Numbered from the stretch's first letter, positions 28,592-38,379 are shown. The stretch: DNA of 64,000 nucleotides from Sulfurovaceae bacterium (GCA_028715055.1 JAQTLE010000001.1:486382-550381), one strand, 5' to 3'. Notes: generated from the sequence alone by a model not told the origin. Numbers and translations: made by a program.

Positions 28592-29245
28592 ATGATTAAA
28601 GTTTTGATGATCGAAGACGATGTAGAGTTTGCTACACTTTTAACAAATTTTTTAAGTCAATACGGAATAGAAATTACTAGCTATGAAGACCCATTTTTGG
28701 GTCTTAGTGCAGGTGTTGACAAGTATGATCTAGTTATATTAGATCTTACTCTTCCGGGAATGGATGGCATAGAAGTGTGCAAAGAGATAGTGGCTAAATA
28801 TGACATTCCTATTATAATATCTTCTGCTAGAAGTGATATAAGCGATAAACTTATAGGACTACAGATAGGAGCAGATGATTATCTACCAAAACCATATGAT
28901 CCAAAAGAGATGTATGCACGCATAATATCCCTTTTGCGAAGATACAAAAAAATAAATACAATCAAAGAACCTACATATCGTCTTAGAATTGATGAAACAA
29001 AAGAACAAATAGTTTTTGATGATATTCCAATTGAGCTTACACCTGCAGAGTATGAGGTTTTAAAGATTTTGATACAAAATCGTGGTGTTACCGTATCAAA
29101 AGAACAAATTTTATATGGTTCTGAAGTGTTTAATTATGGAGGAGATGCATCGCTTGCGGTAATATTAAATAGACTTCGCAACAAACTAGATAGCTCAGTA
29201 ACCATAAAAACCGTTAGAGGGGTTGGTTATAGGTTGCTTGCATGA
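28592..29245 (+). CDS. OmpR/PhoB-family response regulator
   Basis: Receiver domain with acidic pocket IEDD and phospho-acceptor in LVILDLTLPGMDG. C-terminal winged helix (VRGVGYRL). Confidence 0.92.
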   Translation: MIKVLMIEDDVEFATLLTNFLSQYGIEITSYEDPFLGLSAGVDKYDLVILDLTLPGMDGIEVCKEIVAKYDIPIIISSARSDISDKLIGLQIGADDYLPKPYDPKEMYARIISLLRRYKKINTIKEPTYRLRIDETKEQIVFDDIPIELTPAEYEVLKILIQNRGVTVSKEQILYGSEVFNYGGDASLAVILNRLRNKLDSSVTIKTVRGVGYRLLA

Positions 29246-30465
29246 GTTTATATCATAAGATTCGCATTACTTTTTTAGTAGCTTTTTTATTCATTAGCGC
29301 TTTTTTTGGTTTGTTTCTTTTTATACACAATAATACAGATGAACATAATATGCAAAAAAGATATATGCAAACGGCTCGTTTTGTTTTTGTAAATTTACAT
29401 CATAATACTTATGCTTTCAATAAAGATTCTTCATTAATTGGGATATTGGAAGAAAATAATTTTAAATTGTTGCCAAATACGCCAAGTATAATATCTAACA
29501 TAAAATCTTTACCATTGCTATCTAGCAGAAAAACACCAAGCGATGGAAAAATAGAAATTTATCAGAACAAAGACAATAATTATCTTGTATTTAGCAATGA
29601 CAATATGATCGTAATGATATTAAAAGACATGTCGACAAGAGCATTTCCATGGGAAATATTTTTTGGGTATATAGTTAGTTTGGTATTTTTGATATCGCTT
29701 TATTTTTGGCTGATAGGGAGTTTGAAACCACTGAAAACATTGCAGATGCAGATACAGCAAGTAGCCAATGGAAATTTATCTATATCTACACATTCAAAGT
29801 CAACCGATGAAATAGGTGAGGTTGCAAATGCATTTGATTTTGCGCTTAGAAAAGTTGAAAACCTTATTAATTCAAGACAACTTTTTTTGCGTACAATTAT
29901 GCATGAACTGAAAACGCCCATTGCAAAAGGCGTTATACTTACAGAATTTGTGGAAAATGCCGATCTCAAAAAGGGATATGAAAGTGTATTTGAAAGACTA
30001 GAACTTTTAATTGAAGAATTTTCAAAGATCGAACAAATATTATCTTCAAATTATAAACTAAAAATAGCAACATATAATATGATCGACATTGTCGACCAAG
30101 CAATTGAACTTATGATACTAAATGAGGAAGATATACAAAAACATATTAAAATTGTACAAAATAGCAAGTTGATCGTTCATAGTGATTTTGATTTACTAGG
30201 CTTGGCTATAAAAAATCTTATCTCAAACGCAATTTCTTATTCAGAATCAGGGGTTTCTACTATCCGCATAGAAAATAATAGTTTAATTATAGAAAATGAT
30301 GGCAAACAATTTACACAAAATATTGAGAGTTATTTTGTGCCATTTCATGCCAGTTCAAACGGAAGCGGTCTTGGTTTGTATATAGTAAAAAATATACTCG
30401 ATCTTTTGGGACATAAATTAAAATATGTTTATAAAGATAAAAATATATTTATTATAGAATTTTAA
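29242..30465 (+). CDS. sensor histidine kinase (2 TM, periplasmic loop, HAMP, HisKA, HATPase)
   Basis: H-box MHELKTPIA and G2 box GSGLGLYIV. 4-nt overlap with the regulator gene. Confidence 0.9.
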   Translation: MSLYHKIRITFLVAFLFISAFFGLFLFIHNNTDEHNMQKRYMQTARFVFVNLHHNTYAFNKDSSLIGILEENNFKLLPNTPSIISNIKSLPLLSSRKTPSDGKIEIYQNKDNNYLVFSNDNMIVMILKDMSTRAFPWEIFFGYIVSLVFLISLYFWLIGSLKPLKTLQMQIQQVANGNLSISTHSKSTDEIGEVANAFDFALRKVENLINSRQLFLRTIMHELKTPIAKGVILTEFVENADLKKGYESVFERLELLIEEFSKIEQILSSNYKLKIATYNMIDIVDQAIELMILNEEDIQKHIKIVQNSKLIVHSDFDLLGLAIKNLISNAISYSESGVSTIRIENNSLIIENDGKQFTQNIESYFVPFHASSNGSGLGLYIVKNILDLLGHKLKYVYKDKNIFIIEF

Positions 30466-30486
30466 TCATACAATTTTGGAGGAATA

Positions 30487-30951
30487 ATGAAAATAACAGT
30501 AGCTATTGTAGATAAAGGCGGCAAAGAAAAGCTGTATTCTCCACTCATTGAACATTATGGCAAACTTATCAAATCATATTCACAAATCGATATAATTGAT
30601 GTATTTGATAAAAAAATTTCAAAAGCTCAAGATGTTTCTGCCGTGATGGCACAAAAAAGTTATTCTGATGCTTTGCAACCTTATCTATCCAAAAATACTA
30701 TAACCATAGCATTGGATCCAAGCTCAAAAGAAGTAGACAGCGAGGATTTCGCCTTATTGCTTAAGGATAAGGGGGATGTTACCTTTCTAATAGGCGGTGC
30801 ATACGGCTTTGAGAGAGATTTTATAAAAAAATGTAATCATTCAATATCTTTTGGTAAAATAACACTTTCACATAAACTGGTGAAAGTGGTACTGTTGGAA
30901 CAAATCTTTAGAGGTTTGTCCATAAACAGCAATCATCCATATCACAAATAG
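30487..30951 (+). CDS. rlmH: 23S rRNA (pseudouridine1915-N3)-methyltransferase
   Basis: SPOUT fold, length 154 aa, and the characteristic C-terminal HPYHK. Confidence 0.9.
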   Translation: MKITVAIVDKGGKEKLYSPLIEHYGKLIKSYSQIDIIDVFDKKISKAQDVSAVMAQKSYSDALQPYLSKNTITIALDPSSKEVDSEDFALLLKDKGDVTFLIGGAYGFERDFIKKCNHSISFGKITLSHKLVKVVLLEQIFRGLSINSNHPYHK

Positions 30952-30964
30952 GAGTTCTACCATA

Positions 30965-31327
30965 ATGCTAACACAGTCCGAACTACACGAATTTGATACA
31001 AAGCTACTTGCTAGAAAAGCAAAAATTGAAACTAATCTCAATAAAACCTCTTTGGAGCTTGATGATATCAGGGAATTGGAATTGAATGACGAAGCCGATT
31101 ATGCATCTATTTCAACAGATACTGCTATAGATAATGCGATCTTAGAGCAACAAAGACAGGAATTAGCAGAAATTGAACTTGCTTTGGATAAAATTAAGAG
31201 AGGTGTTTATGGCATTTGTGAAATGTGTGAAGAGCCAATAGGACAAGCTCGTCTTGAGGTTAAAAATTTCGCTAGATATTGCATCACATGTCGTGAAATA
31301 GTTGAAAAAAATAGAATGAGAGGATAA
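30965..31327 (+). CDS. dksA: DksA/TraR-family C4 zinc-finger transcription factor
   Basis: Coiled-coil N-terminus and CEMC-x17-CITC zinc finger. 120 aa. Confidence 0.88.
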   Translation: MLTQSELHEFDTKLLARKAKIETNLNKTSLELDDIRELELNDEADYASISTDTAIDNAILEQQRQELAEIELALDKIKRGVYGICEMCEEPIGQARLEVKNFARYCITCREIVEKNRMRG

Positions 31328-31332
31328 GGAAA

Positions 31333-32370
31333 ATGAGAGTTGGTTTATATCTCTTCGCATCAATAACTTTTCTAGTCATAATTGCTGTATTAGCTTTTGT
31401 GGCAAATCAGGGATATTATGATTTAAGTTTTTTTGGGCTCAATATGAATTTGCCTGTAGCTGTATGGGTTATTTTGCCAATGGGAATGCTTTTAATTTTT
31501 AGCGTTTTGCATATGGTTTATTACAGTACAAAAAACTTTTTTTTACTTAGAAAGTGGCATAAAGATGCACTTTCGTTAGATGAAGCTATTTATTGGTCTA
31601 TTTTACAAGAACCAAAAGAACTACATATTAATATTAATGATATGCAAGATATAGCTGAAATACTAAGTAAGTCTTCTTTGAATCCATCTTTGGGAGTTTT
31701 GGTAAGCAATCAAAAGCTAAACGAAGCTTTGGAAATACTAACTAAGATAAATAATGGAGAATATGTTGATCTAAAAGCCAAAAGACTTTCTAGACAACTA
31801 TCTTCATCAAACACATTGACTATCAAAAACTCTATCAATCGACTTGCGGTTGATGGTAAATTTGCAGACGAAGTCCTTTCTTCACCAAGTAATTATGATG
31901 AAAAAGTCGTGAAAGCTACTTTGACACATGTAGCAAAAACACAAAGTCTTGATAAATATAAAAAATATGTGCCACAAATGAATATGAAACAAATCGGCAT
32001 TGTACTGGATAGGGTTCAAAAAGGTGAAAATGTAGCTCTCAATGAAGACATCATAAGACAAATTGTAGATAATTTATCTTTTGAGTGCCGAGACTATGTT
32101 AAATTGGCAAGTGCTTCTACAAGAGCATTAAATCCAAAAATAACACTATCGCTTTTTAACTCTTTCCAACAAAAAGATGAAAAAGCTGAAATCGCTTATC
32201 TTTATTTATTGCTTGAATATGAAATGATGGATAAGGCTAAAGAGTTTTTGGATGCAAATCCAGAAAATGATTTCAAAAAATTAAAATTGTTCTTTGAATT
32301 AAAACAGACACATAATAATTATAAACTTCAAGATATTATGGATGTAGATTCACTTTGTGATGATGCTTGA
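31333..32370 (+). CDS. hypothetical membrane protein (2 TM N-terminus plus alpha-helical cytoplasmic domain)
   Basis: Two N-terminal TM helices followed by about 270 aa of helix-rich sequence. LapA/HemY-like topology, tentative only. Confidence 0.6.
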   Translation: MRVGLYLFASITFLVIIAVLAFVANQGYYDLSFFGLNMNLPVAVWVILPMGMLLIFSVLHMVYYSTKNFFLLRKWHKDALSLDEAIYWSILQEPKELHININDMQDIAEILSKSSLNPSLGVLVSNQKLNEALEILTKINNGEYVDLKAKRLSRQLSSSNTLTIKNSINRLAVDGKFADEVLSSPSNYDEKVVKATLTHVAKTQSLDKYKKYVPQMNMKQIGIVLDRVQKGENVALNEDIIRQIVDNLSFECRDYVKLASASTRALNPKITLSLFNSFQQKDEKAEIAYLYLLLEYEMMDKAKEFLDANPENDFKKLKLFFELKQTHNNYKLQDIMDVDSLCDDA

Positions 32371-33307
32371 TTTCTCCAAACCAATTTATGTATTAGCCCC
32401 GTTAGCGGGCTATACAGATCTACCATTTCGTTCCCTAGCAAAGCAATTTGGTGTTGATTTGACAGTAAGCGAAATGATCAGTGCAAATGCATTGGCACAT
32501 GGCAGTCAAAAAACTTTTCATATGCTGCAAAAAAGTCCACTTGAAACTCCGTATGCTATACAAATCGCAGGTTCTGATCCATTGATTATACAAAAAGCAG
32601 TTGAGATATTAAACGATCAAGAAGGTGTAGACATAATTGATTTAAATTGTGGATGTCCAGCTCCTAAAATTGTAAATAATTTATCGGGAAGCTCGTTGCT
32701 TACTGATTTGCCGGCCATGGGCAAAGCAATAGAGACTATAAAAAAATACTCAAATAAGCCATATACCTCTGTAAAGATCAGACTAGGTTTTAATGAAAAA
32801 AATCATCTTGAAATTGCTAAAGTATGTCAAGAAAGCGGAGCTGATTTTATCGCTGTTCATGGACGTACTCGCTCCGGTAGGTTTAAAGCACCCGTTGATT
32901 ATGATGCAATTGGTGAAATTAAGTCCAATATCAATATTCCAGTAATTGCAAATGGAGATATAGATAGCATACAAAAAGCACAATGGGTTTTGGAGCATAC
33001 AAAAGCTGACGGTATTATGGTAGGACGAGCTGCAGTGGGTAAACCATGGATTTTTCATCAAATGAAAACAGCACAAATGACTGACGATAAAGCGCTCATT
33101 GAAAGTGCTGTTAAGGAGCATTTTAAGCAGATGATCATGCATTATGGTGACTACGGTGCTATATTGTTCCGTAAGCATTTACATACATACTCTAAAGCCG
33201 GTTATGTTGGAGCTTCTGCTTTTCGTGATGCAATAAATCGCATTGATAGTCCAGAACAAATGCTTGAGCTCATAGAGTCTTTTTTTAATAAAAATAAAAA
33301 CATATAA
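32357..33307 (+). CDS. dusB: tRNA-dihydrouridine synthase
   Basis: LAPLAGYTDLPFR, catalytic LNCGCP and VHGRTR motifs. Confidence 0.92.
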   Translation: MMMLDFSKPIYVLAPLAGYTDLPFRSLAKQFGVDLTVSEMISANALAHGSQKTFHMLQKSPLETPYAIQIAGSDPLIIQKAVEILNDQEGVDIIDLNCGCPAPKIVNNLSGSSLLTDLPAMGKAIETIKKYSNKPYTSVKIRLGFNEKNHLEIAKVCQESGADFIAVHGRTRSGRFKAPVDYDAIGEIKSNINIPVIANGDIDSIQKAQWVLEHTKADGIMVGRAAVGKPWIFHQMKTAQMTDDKALIESAVKEHFKQMIMHYGDYGAILFRKHLHTYSKAGYVGASAFRDAINRIDSPEQMLELIESFFNKNKNI

Positions 33308-33401
33308 GCAGTACAATATCTTATCAAAGAGAGTCATGATATACAAAATCATAGAATTTTGCTGATTTATAACAAACAGACAAAGCATAAGGTAACCAAA
33401 A

Positions 33402-33860
33402 ATGAGATCAAAATATTTGCTTGGATGGAGAGAATGGGTTTCTTTGCCAGAGCTTGGCATAGAACGAATTAAATGCAAGATTGATACAGGTGCAAGGACA
33501 TCGGCATTGCATGCTTTTTACATTGATCCGTTTATGATTGATGATATAAAAATGATAAGATTTGGCATCCATCCTTTTGCCAATGATATGATAACGGTTC
33601 TACATTGTGAAGCAAAAGTTATTGATGAAAGAATTGTAACAAGTTCTGATGGCAATAAAACAATGCGTTATGTTATAAGTACAACTATGATTTTGGGTGA
33701 TATAAAAAAAGAAATCGAACTTACTTTAACAAATCGTGATACCATGAGATTTCGTATGCTTTTGGGAAGAAGAGCTATGGATGACGGATGCATAGTAGAT
33801 CCAACGCTTTCTTATCAAAAAGCCAAACCTATATTTTGTAAGGTAAATGAAAATCAATGA
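33402..33860 (+). CDS. RimB-like retropepsin-type aspartic protease (COG4067 / 'ATP-dependent zinc protease' family)
   Basis: Aspartic protease signature [13 protein letters not shown]. 4-nt overlap with rimK. Confidence 0.8.
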   Translation: MRSKYLLGWREWVSLPELGIERIKCKIDTGARTSALHAFYIDPFMIDDIKMIRFGIHPFANDMITVLHCEAKVIDERIVTSSDGNKTMRYVISTTMILGDIKKEIELTLTNRDTMRFRMLLGRRAMDDGCIVDPTLSYQKAKPIFCKVNENQ

Positions 33861-34777
33861 AAATAGCCATACTTTCTAGAAATAAAAATCTATATTCCAC
33901 TCGTAGATTGGTTGAAGCTGCTCAAAAAAGAGGTCATGAAGTGCAAGTTATTGACCATTTAAAATGCTATATGAATATAACATCCAAAAATCCGACTATG
34001 CACTATAAGGGTGAAACGTTAGATGGCTTTGATGCTGTTATACCTCGAATCGGGGCGTCTGTAACTTTTTATGGAACCGCAGTTTTACGGCAATTTGAAA
34101 TGATGGGTGTATATCCGCTTAATGAATCTGTTGCAATTTCAAGATCCCGTGACAAATTAAGAAGTATGCAATTGCTTTCAAGAAAAGGTATAGGCTTGCC
34201 TGTAACCGGATTTGCAAGAAATCCTGATGATATAGATGATCTTATAGAAGAAGTTGGTGGAACGCCTTTGGTAATTAAATTATTAGAAGGCACACAAGGA
34301 ATCGGAGTAGTACTTGCAGAAACCAAAAAGGCTGCAGAATCTGTTCTACAAGCTTTTATGGGGCTCAATGTAAATATTATGATACAAGAATTCATAGAAG
34401 AAGCAAATGGCGCTGATATTCGTTGCTTGGTAATCGATGGCAAAGTAGTTGCTTCAATGAAAAGACAGGGAGCAGAAGGAGAATTCCGCTCTAATTTGCA
34501 TAGAGGCGGTAGTGCAGAGCTCATAAAAATTACTCCGGAAGAAAGAGCTACTGCAATTATTGCATCAAAGGTAATGGGATTAAATGTATGTGGGGTAGAT
34601 ATGCTCCGTTCTGCAAGAGGTCCACTTATTATGGAAGTTAATTCATCTCCTGGGTTGGAGGGCATAGAAAAAGCAAGCGGAAAAGATATCGCCGATTTGA
34701 TGATAAAAGTCATAGAAAAAAAAGTCAATCAAAATGTAGATAATCCGAATAAAACAAAAACAAAAGGAAGAGGATAA
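33857..34777 (+). CDS. rimK: ribosomal protein S6--L-glutamate ligase (ATP-grasp)
   Basis: ATP-grasp motifs ([27 protein letters not shown]). 306 aa. Confidence 0.93.
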   Translation: MKIAILSRNKNLYSTRRLVEAAQKRGHEVQVIDHLKCYMNITSKNPTMHYKGETLDGFDAVIPRIGASVTFYGTAVLRQFEMMGVYPLNESVAISRSRDKLRSMQLLSRKGIGLPVTGFARNPDDIDDLIEEVGGTPLVIKLLEGTQGIGVVLAETKKAAESVLQAFMGLNVNIMIQEFIEEANGADIRCLVIDGKVVASMKRQGAEGEFRSNLHRGGSAELIKITPEERATAIIASKVMGLNVCGVDMLRSARGPLIMEVNSSPGLEGIEKASGKDIADLMIKVIEKKVNQNVDNPNKTKTKGRG

Positions 34778-34798
34778 AGCTATTTTAAGAAAAAAATT

Positions 34799-34821
34799 AA
34801 GAAATTATTTTATAATTTCTT
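34799..34821 (+). terminator. AT-rich hairpin after rimK (AAGAAATTAT-TTT-ATAATTTCTT) followed by a T-rich tract
   Basis: Perfect 10-bp inverted repeat read from the sequence. Downstream is TTGTACATTTTTT. The stem is almost all A/T, so termination efficiency is uncertain. Confidence 0.35.
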
Positions 34822-34849
34822 TTGTACATTTTTTAAGTTAGGGATAGTA

Positions 34850-35068
34850 ATGAAGATCGCTGATATTTTGTTTGAATTGGAATCCAATTATGTTAAAGAA
34901 GAAGACATAGAGTTTATGGAGAATTATATCAAAGAAAATGGGCTTAATTTAGCCAAAATAGATCAAAAGCTTGAGGAGCTTGGATACGATGCCATGTTCG
35001 AAGATTTTGACAATAGCGAGCACGCTATAGTTCAAAAGATACAACATCGTAAACATTTAGCAGATTAG
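34850..35068 (+). CDS. small acidic hypothetical protein (72 aa)
   Basis: AGGGA Shine-Dalgarno 7 nt upstream of the ATG. Its own TATAAT lies at 34811-34816. Highly acidic composition. Confidence 0.6.
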   Translation: MKIADILFELESNYVKEEDIEFMENYIKENGLNLAKIDQKLEELGYDAMFEDFDNSEHAIVQKIQHRKHLAD

Positions 35069-35186
35069 ATATTTTTAAATATTCTAATATAATTATTTTT
35101 TGTATATTCAAGTAACGGAATATTTTTGCCTAAATCAAAGATAAAAATGACAGATTATTGATATTTCAGCTGCAGAAAATAAAATA

Positions 35187-36236
35187 TTATAAATAAAGTG
35201 CTTTTAATGCATCTAAGGCACTTTTTACAGAGTCTATGCGAGCAGTTTCTTCCATAGTGTGATATCCGGTTGTTGGGATTTGAAGGGTGGTACCTTGGAT
35301 CTTATTGCGAGAAGCTACTATAAGTCTGCCAAGCTCAGTAGAGCCAATAGAGCTTATTTTGCCGCCTTCTATTGCAACTTGTTTATTTTTCTCTTTTATG
35401 TATCTATCCTTGTAGTCATAACTAATTTTATGATGACGACAAACTTTGAGAAGTTGTTTTTGTAACGGTGATTTAAATCTCGCGTGTGTGTCTCTACGTC
35501 TAAAAATAAGATCTTGTTTAGATATACTTTCTTTATCCGGATATGGACTTGTATCCAATATGAGCAGTTTGTCTGTAGATGTGTCGAACCTCTGAAACCA
35601 TTCTAGTAAATAACGCCAGCTTTTACCAGCTTCTTCTTCTGCCGTAAAAAATGCTGTTCCTTGATATCCAAGTTGATATAGATAAACAATCATAGCATTG
35701 GTTAGTACATTATCAAGCTGTGCTGATACAAATTCGTCTTTTATGATAAGTTTATCCAAAAATGCAATAGGCGTATTTGGAAGTATATGTTCTAAGCCTT
35801 CTATTTCAAAGATCAAATTGCCTCTTCTTTCGCATATATTCGTAGTCGCGATGGTACCTACTCCCATATAACTTCCGGAACATGGACTATATGCTTGTAC
35901 GTTTTGGCCTATAAATCTTCCGGCTAGATTTTGGTATGTTTGTTCCGATATAGAATTTCCCGTCAAGTCAGCTTTGTTTTTGCTGATATATGCAGCATAC
36001 TGAAATTCATTTGGACCTGTGCAGATAAGTCCATGTCTATCTACATGTGAAGATATATATCCAGAAGTTGGATCATTGCCTTGTGCTACTAACAATCCTT
36101 CATATATAGTTGTTTTTATGCCAAGTTCTTCCAATTCTCTTTTTATGGTCATAAAAAATGGATTTTCTGCACCAACTACCGATGGAGTTCGTACTAATTG
36201 TTTAAGAAGATCGAAGTAATTATTATAAAGTTGCAT
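35187..36236 (-). CDS. M42-family (glutamyl aminopeptidase / TET-like) metallopeptidase
   Basis: Metal-ligand pattern in the expected order: SHVDRHG, LDN, TAEEEAG, LILDTS, GYHTMEE. Confidence 0.6.
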   Translation of the reverse strand: MQLYNNYFDLLKQLVRTPSVVGAENPFFMTIKRELEELGIKTTIYEGLLVAQGNDPTSGYISSHVDRHGLICTGPNEFQYAAYISKNKADLTGNSISEQTYQNLAGRFIGQNVQAYSPCSGSYMGVGTIATTNICERRGNLIFEIEGLEHILPNTPIAFLDKLIIKDEFVSAQLDNVLTNAMIVYLYQLGYQGTAFFTAEEEAGKSWRYLLEWFQRFDTSTDKLLILDTSPYPDKESISKQDLIFRRRDTHARFKSPLQKQLLKVCRHHKISYDYKDRYIKEKNKQVAIEGGKISSIGSTELGRLIVASRNKIQGTTLQIPTTGYHTMEETARIDSVKSALDALKALYL

Positions 36237-36309
36237 AGTTGCCTTGGTGAATAATGATATTAATTATGTCAGAAATGAGCTTAAGATTAAGAAATGAAGT
36301 GTAGCGGGT

Positions 36310-36386
36310 TGGTGGGTCCTCAGGGACTCGAACCCTGGACCACTCGGTTATGAGCCGAGTGCTCTAACCAGCTGAGCTAAAGACCC
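36310..36386 (-). tRNA. tRNA-Met (anticodon CAT; could alternatively be the lysidine-modified tRNA-Ile2)
   Basis: Reverse complement is GGGTCTTTAGCTCAGCTGGTTAGAGCACTCGGCTCATAACCGAGTGGTCCAGGGTTCGAGTCCCTGAGGACCCACCA. It shows a cloverleaf, a CTCATAA anticodon loop, GGTTCGAGTCC in the T-arm and an encoded CCA. It lacks the initiator features of a 1-72 mismatch and a GGG/CCC anticodon stem. Confidence 0.92.
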
Positions 36387-36394
36387 ATGATAAA

Positions 36395-37528
36395 TTACTT
36401 TACCATACTTATTTTAGCGTCAGAATTATATCCTAAATAACTTTGAAAAGCAATTAAATTTTGCAAAATTCCAAAAAGAATTGCAAAAATAATAAAAGAG
36501 GTTCCCCCATGACTAAACATTGGCAGTGGAATTCCCACAACCGGAGCAAGTCCTATGATCATATATACATTAACCCCCATATAAACAAAGAATAGCCAAC
36601 TAAGACCTATTGCAAATACTTTTGTTAAATAATCAGTAAAAGGTTGAATGCCTATAAAGAATAGATGCAAAATAAGTAAAATATACAAAAATAAAACCAA
36701 AGCCATTCCTAAAAAGCCAAGTCTTTCACCAAGATATGCAAAAATAAAATCACTAGATGATATAGGCAAAAACTTCATTTGTGTTTGCGTGGAATCTTCT
36801 TTTGATTTGCCTATGATGCCACCAGAACCGATAGCAATAAGAGCTTGTTTGACATGATAGCTAGGATGACCAATAGCATCATGAATTCTTTCTTTTTGAT
36901 ATGTTTTAAGACCATAAGTATACATTAACGGTGCACTAAGGACCACAAAAACACCAAGTCCGATCCAAATTTGTTTTTTAACACCTATAACAAAAAGTAT
37001 ACCAAATCCTACTATGAGCAATACCATTGCAGTTCCCAAATCAGGTTCTTTGGCTATTAGCAAGAAAGGAACCAAGATAACGGCAGTAAAAATAATGAAC
37101 ATTTTTATGCCATATCCTTCTTTTGGAGGGGGATTTTTCCTTATCATATATGCTAAAGTCATAATGATACTTACTTTAATAAATTCAGATGGTTGTATAG
37201 TCATACCGGTGCCCGGAATTTCCAGCCATCTTTGTGCTCCCAAAATTGTTTTACCAAATAAATCAACAGCAAGTAACAAAAGCATATTAAAGCCATAAAG
37301 AATCGGCACAAGCCACCATAAAATTAGACGCCATGGCGTTACCACAGAAACCAAAAAAGCAATGAGAGCAACAACATAATAGATCATCTGTTTTTTGAAT
37401 AGATCAGGATTTATTTCGTAAATAAGCCACGATGATATAAAAAATATAGGTAAAAGCTGTATCATTAAAAGATAATTAAAGTGTTTAAAAACACGCTCAT
37501 TTAAATTGAGCCAAGATAGCATGTGCAT
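36395..37528 (-). CDS. SEDS-family peptidoglycan glycosyltransferase (RodA/FtsW)
   Basis: Ten-TM protein with SEDS motifs (EPDLGTA, SSDFIFAYLGERLGFLG, PMFSHGGTS). Confidence 0.88.
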   Translation of the reverse strand: MHMLSWLNLNERVFKHFNYLLMIQLLPIFFISSWLIYEINPDLFKKQMIYYVVALIAFLVSVVTPWRLILWWLVPILYGFNMLLLLAVDLFGKTILGAQRWLEIPGTGMTIQPSEFIKVSIIMTLAYMIRKNPPPKEGYGIKMFIIFTAVILVPFLLIAKEPDLGTAMVLLIVGFGILFVIGVKKQIWIGLGVFVVLSAPLMYTYGLKTYQKERIHDAIGHPSYHVKQALIAIGSGGIIGKSKEDSTQTQMKFLPISSSDFIFAYLGERLGFLGMALVLFLYILLILHLFFIGIQPFTDYLTKVFAIGLSWLFFVYMGVNVYMIIGLAPVVGIPLPMFSHGGTSFIIFAILFGILQNLIAFQSYLGYNSDAKISMVK

Positions 37529-37576
37529 TTCCTATTTTTTTATGATAGTATATCAAAAAATTTTCAAAGGTTTGGC

Positions 37577-38335
37577 ATGGAACGTGTGTTGCGCTATGAG
37601 AAATTCAATTCATTTGAAAATTGTATACATGGCACAAGTGCAAAAAATAATCTGTTCCACTTTGATTTCAGTTTGGCATTGCATACCGGGGAAGATGCAC
37701 AAAGTATTGTTTTTAATCGTGAAAAATTTCTCGAGATGATCGGGGCAGAGAAAAATTTTAATATTGTTCTGGCAAATCAAACGCATAGTGATAATATAAT
37801 AATAATTAACAAGAATCAAACCATGGGATGGTCAAGCCAAGATGATGCAATAGCCGATTGTGATGCTTTAATTACAGCACAAAAAGATATATTAGTAGGT
37901 ATGCTAACTGCTGATTGTGTACCCATACTACTTTTTGATGATGTCAAAGGAGTTGCTGCGGCAGTTCATGCAGGATGGAAAGGGACACATAAAAAAATTG
38001 CGTATAAAACCGTCATGAAAATGAAAGAAGTTTTTGAATGTAATGATATATATGCTGTTATTGCCCCATCTATCGGGGCTTGCTGTTATGAGGTTGGCAG
38101 TGAACTTATAGAAAATTTTAATGATTATCCGCAGGCTATAAAACATATAAATGGCAAATATTATCTGGATTTGCCGCTAATAAATAAGTTGCAATTAGAG
38201 AGCGCCGGAGTAAGATTCGAAAATATAGAGATGAGTAATATTTGTACTTCTTGTAACAATGAACATTTTTTCTCATACCGAAAAGAGCAAGGATGCAGTG
38301 GAAGATTTTTGAGCGTGATAGGAATTAAATCCTAA
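37577..38335 (+). CDS. pgeF: peptidoglycan editing factor PgeF (YfiH, purine nucleoside phosphorylase/laccase-domain family)
   Basis: ANQTHSD, TADCVPI and HAGWKGT motifs, with a CTSC...FFSYR C-terminus. ATG at 37577 preferred over the track start 37523, which overlaps the divergent SEDS gene. Confidence 0.85.
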   Translation: MERVLRYEKFNSFENCIHGTSAKNNLFHFDFSLALHTGEDAQSIVFNREKFLEMIGAEKNFNIVLANQTHSDNIIIINKNQTMGWSSQDDAIADCDALITAQKDILVGMLTADCVPILLFDDVKGVAAAVHAGWKGTHKKIAYKTVMKMKEVFECNDIYAVIAPSIGACCYEVGSELIENFNDYPQAIKHINGKYYLDLPLINKLQLESAGVRFENIEMSNICTSCNNEHFFSYRKEQGCSGRFLSVIGIKS

Positions 38336-38379
38336 TATTTGTTTTCCACTATAATAGTGAAAAACAATTTAAGCAATTT

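Noticed and set aside
34069-34728. A 219-aa ORF antisense to rimK, the longest unexplained ORF in the track.
   Set aside because: It lies entirely inside the well-supported rimK frame. Its composition is low-complexity and Ser/Pro/Ile-rich, as expected for a shadow frame, and it has no Shine-Dalgarno. The same reasoning applies to the other antisense or alternate-frame ORFs, for example 4-234, 2664-3128, 7855-8280, 9429-9851, 14400-14732, 21225-21533, 32783-33178, 38383-38709, 41666-41983 and 58155-58496.
36237-36400. tRNA-Met as a possible integration site for a genomic island (the rimK/M42 side).
   Set aside because: There is no integrase, no direct repeat of the tRNA 3' end and no mobility genes in the flanks. 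The neighbouring genes have ordinary composition and housekeeping character.
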